Positions 36,601 to 43,534 of a DNA stretch of 64,000 bases are shown one piece after another. Made by a program: the position numbers and the translations under genes. The stretch spans positions 14,067 to 78,066 of the forward strand of contig JADZFZ010001118.1 of NCBI GenBank assembly GCA_020854145.1, read 5' to 3'. Positions within the stretch are counted from its first letter, which is position 1. Each line of letters starts with the position of its first letter. This stretch comes from Deltaproteobacteria bacterium. Lineage in GTDB: Bacteria; Myxococcota_A; Polyangia; Polyangiales; JADZFZ01. Below the pieces are notes generated by a model. The model had not been told where the DNA came from, ran no database searches, and worked only from the letters and a program-made list of their open reading frames with translations.

Positions 36601-37247
36601 ACGCGGAACCCGATGTGCGCGTAGTACTCGGCGGCCTTCGCGACCTCGAAGTCGTTCGCGCGGGTGATGCGGACCACGCAGGGCGCACCTGACCCGGGCC
36701 GGGCGGGTGACGGATTCGGTGACGGGTTCGCACCCCCGGAATCCGTCACCGGTGACGCATTCTCACCCTCGGGTGACGGATTCGCACCCCCAGATACCGT
36801 CACCGGTGACGCATTCTCACCCTCGGGTGACGGATTCGCACCCCCAGATACCGTCACCGGTGACGCATTCTCACCCTCGGGTGACGGATTCGCACCCCCG
36901 GATACCGTCACCGGTGACGCATTCGCACCCCCGGAATCCGTCACCGGTGACGCATTCTCACCCCCGGAATCCGTCACCGGTGACGCATTCTCACTCGGAC
37001 CCACGGAATCCGTCACCCGGAAGCGGATCCCCTGCCGGAGGGCGCCGTGCTTGGTACGCACCGGCGGGCCGACGACGACCGTAAGCGCGCGCGCGAGGGC
37101 GTTGTCGCTCAGCTCGACGCGGCCGTCCCAGCACCGCCACAGCGCGAGCAGGGCTGATGTCGAGACGCTCGACTCGGGGTCACGCTCGCAGCACTCGGCC
37201 ACGAATCGGGACACCACGACCTCGATGTCGTCGACGGAGCTCGACAT
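33684..37247 (-). CDS. Replicative primase-helicase: N-terminal small domain, repeat linker, PrimPol domain, P4/D5-type NTPase
   Basis: PrimPol-like GFRVLPLF...GKHPRIKEW...LVALDVDG...HRIFR...VVAPSVH. Walker A DATTPGTGKG. 1187 aa continuous. Confidence 0.85.
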   Translation of the reverse strand: MSSSVDDIEVVVSRFVAECCERDPESSVSTSALLALWRCWDGRVELSDNALARALTVVVGPPVRTKHGALRQGIRFRVTDSVGPSENASPVTDSGGENASPVTDSGGANASPVTVSGGANPSPEGENASPVTVSGGANPSPEGENASPVTVSGGANPSPEGENASPVTDSGGANPSPNPSPARPGSGAPCVVRITRANDFEVAKAAEYYAHIGFRVLPLFGIANVPSGRCQCNQKVHDAAGKHPRIKEWQKHASRDRKTVRAWWARWPGSNVGMAMGGDERLVALDVDGAPGRESLAALEAAHGPLPVTLTSRSGRADGGEHRIFRCPEALELPHVKNRAGKIGRGLDARAQGGQIVVAPSVHKSGGRYAWTVEAEIAELPRWLYDLMVGVGADTPRARTTPAASERTTKYGRGALERAFAIVVRADEGTRNDTVNEQAFAIGQLVAGDEIDLEEARATLRDAANRQGAWPAKKLEDLLGRALEAGMKQPRRAPVSLRTRAGKGREPAGSQGASGGTGAPPPSSSGDGNGPAPDERTRIVVRTEEDEVTEEALGALVRARPLFRRGSALVTIHKPRKLPRGLIRDPDAPSIVAAPQARVREILSSVARFVEERMTRDGEVWDRAAHVPEWTVQEIMARGDWPNLRHLEAIVECPVLRPDGSVLATKGYDATTGLFLLDDRMPPVPEAPTRAQVLAAVELLCEVVCDFIFESSAHLAAWVASVLTPIARFAFRGPSPLFLIDATTPGTGKGLLADVVGLIALARPPARSKFAEEDDEMDKRILSWAMAGERVILLDNVNTTMGGASFENALTATAYGGRVLGGNTSWTGPLVVTWYATGNNVSISDDMHRRVCHVRLLSKVERPEERTDFKHFPLMPYVRAKRAELLCAALTILRGYHVAGRPSQGLDGWNTYEDWGALVREAVVWAGLDDPGKTRPGLRASADSRGATHARLFEGWARLQERLKEPAISAKRAIEVLFPEGSPPADFAGLRESVEELCRLKSGQVPSSTRVGQALKKLRGRVVAGLVLSSVYESHEKILQWQVVEATEENVRAAGTGGTIAGVRGLAESPNPHAREIQSGPLPAAVAQTEIDTRAREGEQTPQTPATPQSGEHFFGRGEAEEDPEEVGNGAVLLEELRVLGLRVWVRDRDKCLVVEGVVDAELRAHIATHRAELVLAVLAEPPKEGR
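36706..37020. repeat. Nested tandem repeats (54-bp x3, then 33-bp units) inside the primase gene, each carrying the palindrome GTCACCGGTGAC
   Basis: GTCACCGGTGAC occurs at 36745, 36799, 36853, 36907, 36940 and 36973. In frame it encodes ENASPVT(D/V)SGGAN(A/P)SPEG repeats. Confidence 0.95.
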
Positions 37248-37323
37248 GGGCGCCTACGCGCTTCCCGCCGACGACGAGCAGCAGCTCGGGATCTCGACCA
37301 CGTCGAGCTCGCGGGCCTGCGTC

Positions 37324-38163
37324 CTACTTCCCGCCGACGACGAGCAAGAGACCCGCCGGGACCTCGAGCTGCTTCGCGATCACGAAGCCAGCCAGCTCGA
37401 GGACCTCGATCGCGGGATGACGACCACGCGGCAGATCGGCGACGGTGGCGACCGCGGGGCGCGCGGGCGCGCGACGACGGCGCGGCGGCTTCTCGGCCGA
37501 CGACGCCGGACGACCCGATGCGCTGCGCGGTGCGAGGATCTCGGCTGGCGGCTTCCCCCGCGACAGCCGGTAGTGGATCAGCGATTCACCGAGCCCCTTG
37601 ATCTTCGCCCACTCGGCCACGGTGTGCGTCTGTCCCTCGTGGGTGATCGTCGCTGGCTTTTTCGACATCGGCTCCTCCTCCGGTTGCGGTTCCATCGGGT
37701 CCGTTCGGTTCCAGTCGTCGGGGTTCGCCAGGGACGTCGTCAGGCGGCGCGCGGGCACGGGCGGCGGCGGCGCGATGCCGGAGTCCTCGGAGTCGTCCTC
37801 GACGAGAGGCAGGTAGACGCGCGGGGGGTCGGGGCGGCGGACGCCCTTGAGCTCATCCGCGTGAATCGCTCCGACCGGGCATCCGCGGCAGGCGGCGAAC
37901 TTCAGGGCGCCTGCGGCGCGACCGTGCGCCGACTCGAGCGCCGCTGACACGAGGCCGCGATCGCTGGTGCGCAGCGCGCCCGCCTGACGCCAGCGGGTGG
38001 CGCAGTCGAAGCGCGTCAGCTTGCACCGCAGGTCCTCGCAGACGAACCGTTCGACGCCGGCGACGACGTCGAGGGTGGTCGGTCGCTCGCGCATCAGGCG
38101 CGGCGGGGTCACCGATGCGGGCGGAGCAGCGATCCCGCTGCGCGTGCGGCCGAAGGTCGGCAT
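37324..38163 (-). CDS. Hypothetical protein (279 aa) with Cys cluster and small HTH-like motif
   Basis: Motifs FVCEDLRCKLTRFDC...KFAACRGCP and HTVAEWAKIKGLGESLIHYRLSRG. Confidence 0.5.
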   Translation of the reverse strand: MPTFGRTRSGIAAPPASVTPPRLMRERPTTLDVVAGVERFVCEDLRCKLTRFDCATRWRQAGALRTSDRGLVSAALESAHGRAAGALKFAACRGCPVGAIHADELKGVRRPDPPRVYLPLVEDDSEDSGIAPPPPVPARRLTTSLANPDDWNRTDPMEPQPEEEPMSKKPATITHEGQTHTVAEWAKIKGLGESLIHYRLSRGKPPAEILAPRSASGRPASSAEKPPRRRRAPARPAVATVADLPRGRHPAIEVLELAGFVIAKQLEVPAGLLLVVGGK

Positions 38164-38166
38164 CGC

Positions 38167-38799
38167 TCACCACCACTCGACCTTCGGGCGATCGGCCTCG
38201 CCTGGCGCGCGCGGGAGCGGGCGAGACGAGAGCTCGAAGACCGCGAAGTCGCTCAGCGGGGAGCCCGACACGGGGCCCTCGAAGCGCGGCCGCTCCGCGA
38301 GCTCGACGACGCGGAGCAGCTCGGCCCATCGCCACACCTGGTTACGGCGACGAGCACCGTGGCGGAACGCGGAGCGCAGCAGCGCGACGACGCGCGGTGC
38401 GTGCTCGAGCGCGTGGAGCACGAAGCCGATGTCGCGGTCGTCCTCGTACGGCGGATTCTGCAGCGCCAGGTCGCAGCGGCCGACGTCGGTCGCGAGGAAG
38501 TCGCAGTGTCGAACGTCCACGTTCAACCCGTGGTAGCGGGCCCGCAGGACCTCGACGTTGGCCTCGTCGAGCTCGCACGCGACGACTTCGATCGCACGCG
38601 ACTCGAGGAGCGGCACGAGCGGGTCGATGAGCGCACCCCGCCCGGCGGCGGGCTCGAGGATACGCATCCCGATCGCCGGCAGCGACCACCGCACGATCCG
38701 TCGAGCGAGCTCGGGCGCCGTGTACCACTGCGAGAGCTCGGCGCACGGATGGTGCTCCGGCTCGAGCCCGCCAAGGAACGGCTGCGTCATGCTGGGCAC
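38167..38799 (-). CDS. DNA methyltransferase, N6-adenine type (orphan)
   Basis: SAM motif ILEPAAGRGAL and catalytic LQNPPY. No adjacent endonuclease. Confidence 0.8.
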   Translation of the reverse strand: MPSMTQPFLGGLEPEHHPCAELSQWYTAPELARRIVRWSLPAIGMRILEPAAGRGALIDPLVPLLESRAIEVVACELDEANVEVLRARYHGLNVDVRHCDFLATDVGRCDLALQNPPYEDDRDIGFVLHALEHAPRVVALLRSAFRHGARRRNQVWRWAELLRVVELAERPRFEGPVSGSPLSDFAVFELSSRPLPRAPGEADRPKVEWW

Positions 38800-39008
38800 G
38801 TCCCCCCCCGGCGGGGTGCACGAGCACCTGGGCGTCGCGGAGCGACGCGCGAACGGCCCCGTTCGGTCTCGATGGTCTCGATGAGCCTGAGCACGACCGC
38901 TGCCGGCAGCACGGCCATGGCAGGGCCGTCACCGGAATGCTCGCGCAGCTCGCACTCGATGTTGCTGCGGAGCTCCGCGAGCTCGACATCGGTGAGGACG
39001 GCGCTCAT
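38787..39008 (-). CDS. Small hypothetical protein (73 aa)
   Basis: ATGA overlap with the upstream stop. The N-terminal 50 aa are protein-like (MSAVLTDVELAELRSNIECELREHSGDG...). Confidence 0.4.
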   Translation of the reverse strand: MSAVLTDVELAELRSNIECELREHSGDGPAMAVLPAAVVLRLIETIETERGRSRVAPRRPGARAPRRGGTCPA

Positions 39009-39556
39009 CGCGCCTTCCGGGGGCCGCCGCGGCCGACGTCCAGCTCGGCCACGCGCGCCGTCAGCCGGCGCTCCATCACGACGCCGGCGGCGATGCTCTC
39101 GCGCACCTGGCGACGCGCCTCGAGGAGCGCGCTGCGATCCGTCGTGCGCAGCGTCGAGCCGAAGTGCGAGACCGCCTCACCGTACTCCTTCGCCCCGCTG
39201 CCGAGCGTGTCGACGTCGTCGTCGCCGCTGGCCACGTGCGGCAGCTGCGCGACGATCGCCCGCCCTTCCATCGCGAGCTCGCCCATGAGCCCGAGCCCGA
39301 GCGCACGGAGCCGCGGCACCTCCGATCGGAGCAACGCCAGGAGCGCGAAGGTCGGCAGCGTCTCGGTCTCGGCATCGCTGGCCCACCGCGAGACACGCGA
39401 TTGCTCGACGCCGACGCACGTGGCGAGCTCGAGCTGATGGACCTCGTGCAGGTGCAGCTGCGACCGGAGCAGCTGCGAGCTCCAGCGCTGCAGCTCGCGT
39501 CGTGGCGCGTCGTCCGGGCTGATCTCTCGTGCAGCGATTCCCGTCGGTGCCCTCAT
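39005..39556 (-). CDS. HTH (XRE-like) DNA-binding protein (183 aa)
   Basis: ATG 39556. Translation LHEVHQLELATCVGVEQSRVSRWAS. The Arg-rich upstream part of the 431-aa track ORF is rejected. Confidence 0.6.
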   Translation of the reverse strand: MRAPTGIAAREISPDDAPRRELQRWSSQLLRSQLHLHEVHQLELATCVGVEQSRVSRWASDAETETLPTFALLALLRSEVPRLRALGLGLMGELAMEGRAIVAQLPHVASGDDDVDTLGSGAKEYGEAVSHFGSTLRTTDRSALLEARRQVRESIAAGVVMERRLTARVAELDVGRGGPRKAR

Positions 39557-39963
39557 GCCTGGTCTCCACTCGGTTTCCGCGTGACGCTCGGCGTGTGGCC
39601 GAGCAGCTCGAGCAGGCCCTCCAGCAGGTCGGCCTCGGTGGACCAGGTCGCGCTCGCGGCCTCGTGCGCGACGCGATCGAGGCCTCCGGTGCTCGCCGCG
39701 CGCGTTCGGTGCCCGGCGGCGACGTTGCGCGCGTAGTCGCGCTGGACTGCGATCCGGACCGGAGCGGGGCGCCCGTCGTGCGCGCTCCGGTCGCTCGCTG
39801 CGAGCTGGCGCATCGCCCGCACGCGCAGCACCACGTCGAGGTCCTCGTCGTCGAGGCCGAGCACGAGGAGCGCGGCCCGTCGCTGCGAGAGCACGATGCG
39901 ATCGCACTCGTCGCAGCCCTCGCGGGCGCGGTCGTGGACGCAGTGCCGCACGCGACCGCTCAC
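39553..39963 (-). CDS. Hypothetical protein (136 aa)
   Basis: GTG 39963 overlaps the upstream stop. Its stop overlaps the next ATG. Confidence 0.45.
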   Translation of the reverse strand: MSGRVRHCVHDRAREGCDECDRIVLSQRRAALLVLGLDDEDLDVVLRVRAMRQLAASDRSAHDGRPAPVRIAVQRDYARNVAAGHRTRAASTGGLDRVAHEAASATWSTEADLLEGLLELLGHTPSVTRKPSGDQA

Positions 39964-40136
39964 GACGCGTCTCCATCGATCGGCGCGAGCAGCTCGCGCC
40001 CGCGCGCGCGGAGAACCTCGACGAGCTCGACGAGCTCGCACGCGATGACGGTCGTCGGCGCCACGACGCACCAGCCGAACGTCGCGATCCCGACGATGGT
40101 GCAGTCGATGACGAGCTCGCGGAGAGGGCGGCGCAT
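39960..40136 (-). CDS. Small membrane protein (58 aa)
   Basis: Translation MRRPLRELVIDCTIVGIATFGWCVVAPTTVIACELVEL... Hydrophobic core. Confidence 0.4.
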   Translation of the reverse strand: MRRPLRELVIDCTIVGIATFGWCVVAPTTVIACELVELVEVLRARGRELLAPIDGDAS

Positions 40137-40137
40137 G

Positions 40138-40305
40138 TCAGCCCTCCCCACCGAAGTCGACGAGGACCTCGTCGAGATCCGGAGCAGCCGACGCGGACAC
40201 CGCGACGCGCTCGAGCACGATGTACTCGTGCGACCACGGCGCGTCCGCGCGCACGTCGGCCGCAAGGTCGAACAGCCACTCGCCCAGGTCCTCGGAGCAC
40301 CCCAT
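40138..40305 (-). CDS. Small acidic protein (55 aa; below track cutoff)
   Basis: Hand translation MGCSEDLGEWLFDLAADVRADAPWSHEYIVLERVAVSASAAPDLDEVLVDFGGEG. Fills the gap between flanking genes. Confidence 0.35.
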   Translation of the reverse strand: MGCSEDLGEWLFDLAADVRADAPWSHEYIVLERVAVSASAAPDLDEVLVDFGGEG

Positions 40306-40308
40306 CTC

Positions 40309-40653
40309 TCAGCCCTCCTCGAGGACGAGCTGCGACTGCCCGATGAGCGCGCGCGTTCGGCGCGCCTCGACGGACGACACGCTGGACGCCGCGGAGGCGA
40401 TGGCCGCGGGCGCACCCGGGCGCCCGGGAGCGACGTCGCGCAGGCCTCCGCGCAGCGTCTCGACGCGCCTCGCCTCGGTGATACGCGCCTTCGCGGAATC
40501 GAGCGCCGCCTGCTCACGCAGCGCGCGCTCGATCCAGTGCCGCCAGCAGCGGCGGTCACCGGCCTCGAGCGCATGGCGTGCGCGCGAGTCGTAGAGAGCC
40601 ATCCGTGCAGCGATGGCATTGGCGGCGGTGACGAGCTGCTCGACGGTCGCCAT
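40309..40653 (-). CDS. Hypothetical helical protein (114 aa)
   Basis: Protein-like translation. Second gene of the leftward early operon. Confidence 0.5.
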   Translation of the reverse strand: MATVEQLVTAANAIAARMALYDSRARHALEAGDRRCWRHWIERALREQAALDSAKARITEARRVETLRGGLRDVAPGRPGAPAAIASAASSVSSVEARRTRALIGQSQLVLEEG

Positions 40654-40656
40654 GGG

Positions 40657-40878
40657 TCAGCTCGCGGCTCGCTGCTCGACGGCCTCTGCAGGCTCGCAGA
40701 GCTCGGCGATGCTGACCGCCCCCCCGGTGGCTTCCGAGATTCGCTTGGCGGTCGCGTACTCGCCGATCAGCTCGCCGCGGCGGGCCCGCATCAGCGTCGT
40801 GTAACCGACGCCGGTGTCCCGCTGGATCCGGGTCATTACGCCGTGGCCCTGACTGTCCACCCACTCCGGAAAGCGCAT
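40657..40878 (-). CDS. Cro-like HTH regulator (YdaS/Cro family)
   Basis: 73 aa. Translation VMTRIQRDTGVGYTTLMRARRG...ISEATGGAVSIAEL. Divergent from the cI-like gene. Confidence 0.7.
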   Translation of the reverse strand: MRFPEWVDSQGHGVMTRIQRDTGVGYTTLMRARRGELIGEYATAKRISEATGGAVSIAELCEPAEAVEQRAAS

Positions 40879-40906
40879 CTCTCACCTACCGCAAGCGGTC
40901 TACCGA

Positions 40907-40947
40907 ATAGGGTCCACCGTGTCAAGCATTGCTGAGATAGACCCTAT
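40907..40947. promoter_or_regulatory. Candidate operator: inverted repeat ATAGGGTC (40907..40914) / GACCCTAT (40940..40947) in the cro/cI divergent region
   Basis: Read directly from the sequence. A third related half-site, ATGGGGTC, follows at 40946..40953. Confidence 0.4.
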
Positions 40948-41548
40948 GGGGTCGATTGCTCGCGGTCGGCCGCCTTGGGATGGTGCCCTCGTGGGTCGCT
41001 CCGACGTTGACCAGGCTCGCGGTGTTCGGCTGCGCGACGCGCGGGAAGCCGCCGGCAAGACCATTGCCCAAGCTGCCGATGCGATCGGAGCCCGGTGGCA
41101 CACGGTCAAGCGGTACGAGCAGGGAATGGCACCGTCGCCCGAGCGCCTGGTGTTGCTGGCGCAGTTCTACGGCACGACCGCCGAGCGCCTAATGGGTCAG
41201 GACGGCGCAGCGGGTGCGCCGGCAGTCGCCCACGTCGAGGCCGAGCTCCCGGTGATTTTCGCAGCGTTCTACGCATCACCCATCGGGGCCGACACGACCG
41301 ACGAGGAAAAGCAGCGACTGCAAGATCGGCGGTGGCGCGAAGGTCTCGAGCTCACACTCGAGGACCTCTTCTCGTTCCGCACGATGATCCGGAACGCGAA
41401 GAAACGCGGGCTCCCTCCCCTCACCGAGCAGGAGCAGGAGCTCGAGCGCACCCGCATCGCGAAGGGCCGCCCCCGCAACGTGCTCGTCGGCGACGGGAAG
41501 TCACCGCCGCCGCCCCGACCTCGCACGAAGCCCCGTCCCAAACGCTGA
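40919..41548 (+). CDS. cI-like repressor, XRE-family HTH (start uncertain)
   Basis: Translation GVRLRDAREAAGKTIAQAADAIGARWHTVKRYEQGMAPSPERLVLLAQFYGTTAERLMG. Basic C-terminal tail. Confidence 0.75.
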   Translation: MSSIAEIDPMGSIARGRPPWDGALVGRSDVDQARGVRLRDAREAAGKTIAQAADAIGARWHTVKRYEQGMAPSPERLVLLAQFYGTTAERLMGQDGAAGAPAVAHVEAELPVIFAAFYASPIGADTTDEEKQRLQDRRWREGLELTLEDLFSFRTMIRNAKKRGLPPLTEQEQELERTRIAKGRPRNVLVGDGKSPPPPRPRTKPRPKR

Positions 41549-41552
41549 CCGC

Positions 41553-41840
41553 TTGCAGCACGCCCCACGCGCGGGCCATGCTGCCAGGGTGACCACCGCC
41601 GCCGAGCGAGTCCGCGCCGAGACGATGCTCTTCAGAGCCGCGCTCCCTGGTCTGTTGACGACGCACGCCGGCAAGTGGGTCGTGTTCCGCGACGGACACA
41701 TCCAGAGCGTCCACGACGACGAAGGCGATGCCTACAGCGCTGGCATCGATGCGTTCGGTGTCGATGGCGGCTTCGTCGTGGCACCTGTCGTGCCGATCAA
41801 GCCGACTCTCATGACGGCTGCGCTCGCCTTCGGTCGGTGA
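41553..41840 (+). CDS. DUF5678-like small protein (start may be GTG 41589 or ATG 41625)
   Basis: Translation HAGKWVVFRDGHIQSVHDDEGDAYSAGIDAFG. Its stop overlaps the start of the protease gene. Confidence 0.55.
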   Translation: MQHAPRAGHAARVTTAAERVRAETMLFRAALPGLLTTHAGKWVVFRDGHIQSVHDDEGDAYSAGIDAFGVDGGFVVAPVVPIKPTLMTAALAFGR

Positions 41841-42385
41841 CTCGAATCGCGCACTGGGGCGCCGTCAACGATCCTCCCCACGGGCTCGTCGCGATCGGGC
41901 CGCTCGTCAACGTCAGGCTGGTGGCGCATCCCAAACATCGCGCTTCGGTGCCCGACGTCGGCCCGGTCCGCCTGATGATCGACACAGGCGCACAGCGCAC
42001 CCTCGTCGACGACGCGTTGTGCGTGAAACTCGGGCTGCCACCGATTCGGTTCGACGAGATCGTTGGTGTCTCTGGCAAACCCGAGAGCTGGCCTGTGTAT
42101 CTGTTGGGCGTTCGTCTCGGTCTGAGCTCCCATCCCAAGGCGCAGGAGAACGCGTTCGCGGTATTTGGCGCGGAAGTGATCGGCATGCCCGTCGGGCCCC
42201 ACGACCAGCACCGCGGGTTGCTGGGGCGCGATTTCCTCGCGAATTTCGAGCTCGGGTACGATGGCCCCAACGGGAGCTTCGCGATCATGGTACCGGCGAC
42301 GCGAGCCGCTGCCCTCGCGGGCCCGACCGCCACGCCAAATCGCGCAGAGCGACGACGATTGGCGCGGCAGAAGACGGGCCCCTAG
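41837..42385 (+). CDS. Retropepsin-like (clan AA) aspartic protease
   Basis: GTGA overlap start. Motifs VRLMIDTGAQRTLVD (D-T-G-A) and GLLGRDFLANFEL, typical of bacterial retropepsin-like domains. Confidence 0.7.
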   Translation: MTRIAHWGAVNDPPHGLVAIGPLVNVRLVAHPKHRASVPDVGPVRLMIDTGAQRTLVDDALCVKLGLPPIRFDEIVGVSGKPESWPVYLLGVRLGLSSHPKAQENAFAVFGAEVIGMPVGPHDQHRGLLGRDFLANFELGYDGPNGSFAIMVPATRAAALAGPTATPNRAERRRLARQKTGP

Positions 42386-42428
42386 GGGACGGCTTGACCG
42401 AACGGCCGCCTCCTGGCTCGATCGGGCG

Positions 42429-43142
42429 GTGCGCCATCGGGGGACCCGCGGACATCTCGCGACCGACGAGGCGCACCTCGAGGCGATCGCCGAGCGCTGG
42501 CGCGCCGAGACCCACTGCGAGCCTCCGGTCTCCGGTGCCGAGGAGCTCTGGATCGCCGGCGTGCGCGTGATCCCCGACGCGGCGCGGGCCGCTGGGCGCG
42601 CCTGCCTCGACGGCGGCGTCGTCTACTACCACCCGGGATGGCCCCCCGACGTCGTCAACTTCGCTCTGCTCCACGAGCTCGGCCACCTGCTCGCCCAGCG
42701 CGATCGCTGCGACGGCGAGGCGGCTGCCAGCTACGTCGCGGCCGCCCTTGCGATGCCCCGTGCGCAGGTCCTCCGCGTCGTGCGTCGGGTCGGGCGCGAC
42801 ATCCCAATGGTCCGCTGGGCCTTCGGTGACTCCGTTAGCCACGAGGTCGTCGGACGCCGGCTCGTGGACGTGTACCCCGAGCTCGTGCTGTCCGTGTGGC
42901 CGGAGGGACGACTCCTGGTCCGCTACGAGCGCGGCATCGCGGCACCGCTGTCGGTGACCGAGCGGGACGCCGTTGCACAGGGCGTGACGGCCGGCGAGCC
43001 CGGTTGGCGCGACGACATCGGCGCCGGAGCGTGGGTCGTCGAGGAGCGACGCGGGCGCGTCACCTACGTCCTCGTCGACCGCGAGCAGCTCGACTCACGC
43101 GGGGCGCGCGCTGCATACGACGAGGCCGTCGGCGAGGGCTAG
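42429..43142 (+). CDS. ImmA/IrrE-family zinc metallopeptidase (start approximate)
   Basis: HEXXH in FALLHELGHLLAQ. The in-frame GTG at 42429 is chosen because the track ORF start (42261) overlaps the protease gene. Confidence 0.7.
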   Translation: MRHRGTRGHLATDEAHLEAIAERWRAETHCEPPVSGAEELWIAGVRVIPDAARAAGRACLDGGVVYYHPGWPPDVVNFALLHELGHLLAQRDRCDGEAAASYVAAALAMPRAQVLRVVRRVGRDIPMVRWAFGDSVSHEVVGRRLVDVYPELVLSVWPEGRLLVRYERGIAAPLSVTERDAVAQGVTAGEPGWRDDIGAGAWVVEERRGRVTYVLVDREQLDSRGARAAYDEAVGEG

Positions 43143-43429
43143 CGATAGACGGCCGGCGCCCGGCTGCTGCGTTCGAAGGTGTTGCACGCGCCCATCCCGC
43201 ACGCCGTGCACGAGCCCATCACGAGACCCGCCATCGCGAACACGGGGATCAGCTTGAAGGCTAGACCGATGCTGGACCCGAAGCTGATGTCCACGTCCGT
43301 CACGGTGACCTTCACGACGTTGTTCGAGTCACGCGGAACGGCGAGATCGACCACGGGCGGGCCGACCGGTGGAGGCGCAGACGGGCGCGGTGGCTGGTCT
43401 CCGAAACCCTGGCGATCCCCCGTTTCCAT
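43139..43429 (-). CDS. Small membrane protein (96 aa), antisense to the flanking operons
   Basis: ATG 43429. C-terminal TM region IGLAFKLIPVFAMAGLVMGSCTACGMGAC. Only the tail of the 333-aa track ORF is protein-like. Confidence 0.5.
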   Translation of the reverse strand: METGDRQGFGDQPPRPSAPPPVGPPVVDLAVPRDSNNVVKVTVTDVDISFGSSIGLAFKLIPVFAMAGLVMGSCTACGMGACNTFERSSRAPAVYR

Positions 43430-43534
43430 GTTTGCACGGTCGCCGGTCCACCGCGGCTGATCAATCGACCCGTCGAGGTGTACCCTTGACGGTATACCGT
43501 TACGGGGATACTCATCGGGCCTGGAGGTGCACAC

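Noticed and set aside
36706-37020. Regular repeats considered as a CRISPR array
   Set aside because: There are no unique spacers: the units are contiguous tandem copies. They are in frame within a 1187-aa ORF and encode a repetitive linker, and no cas genes are present.
39005-40300. 431-aa minus-strand ORF and other 170-220-aa ORFs across the early-left region
   Set aside because: Only the distal parts are protein-like. The region resolves into a chain of short genes joined by ATGA/GTGA overlaps.
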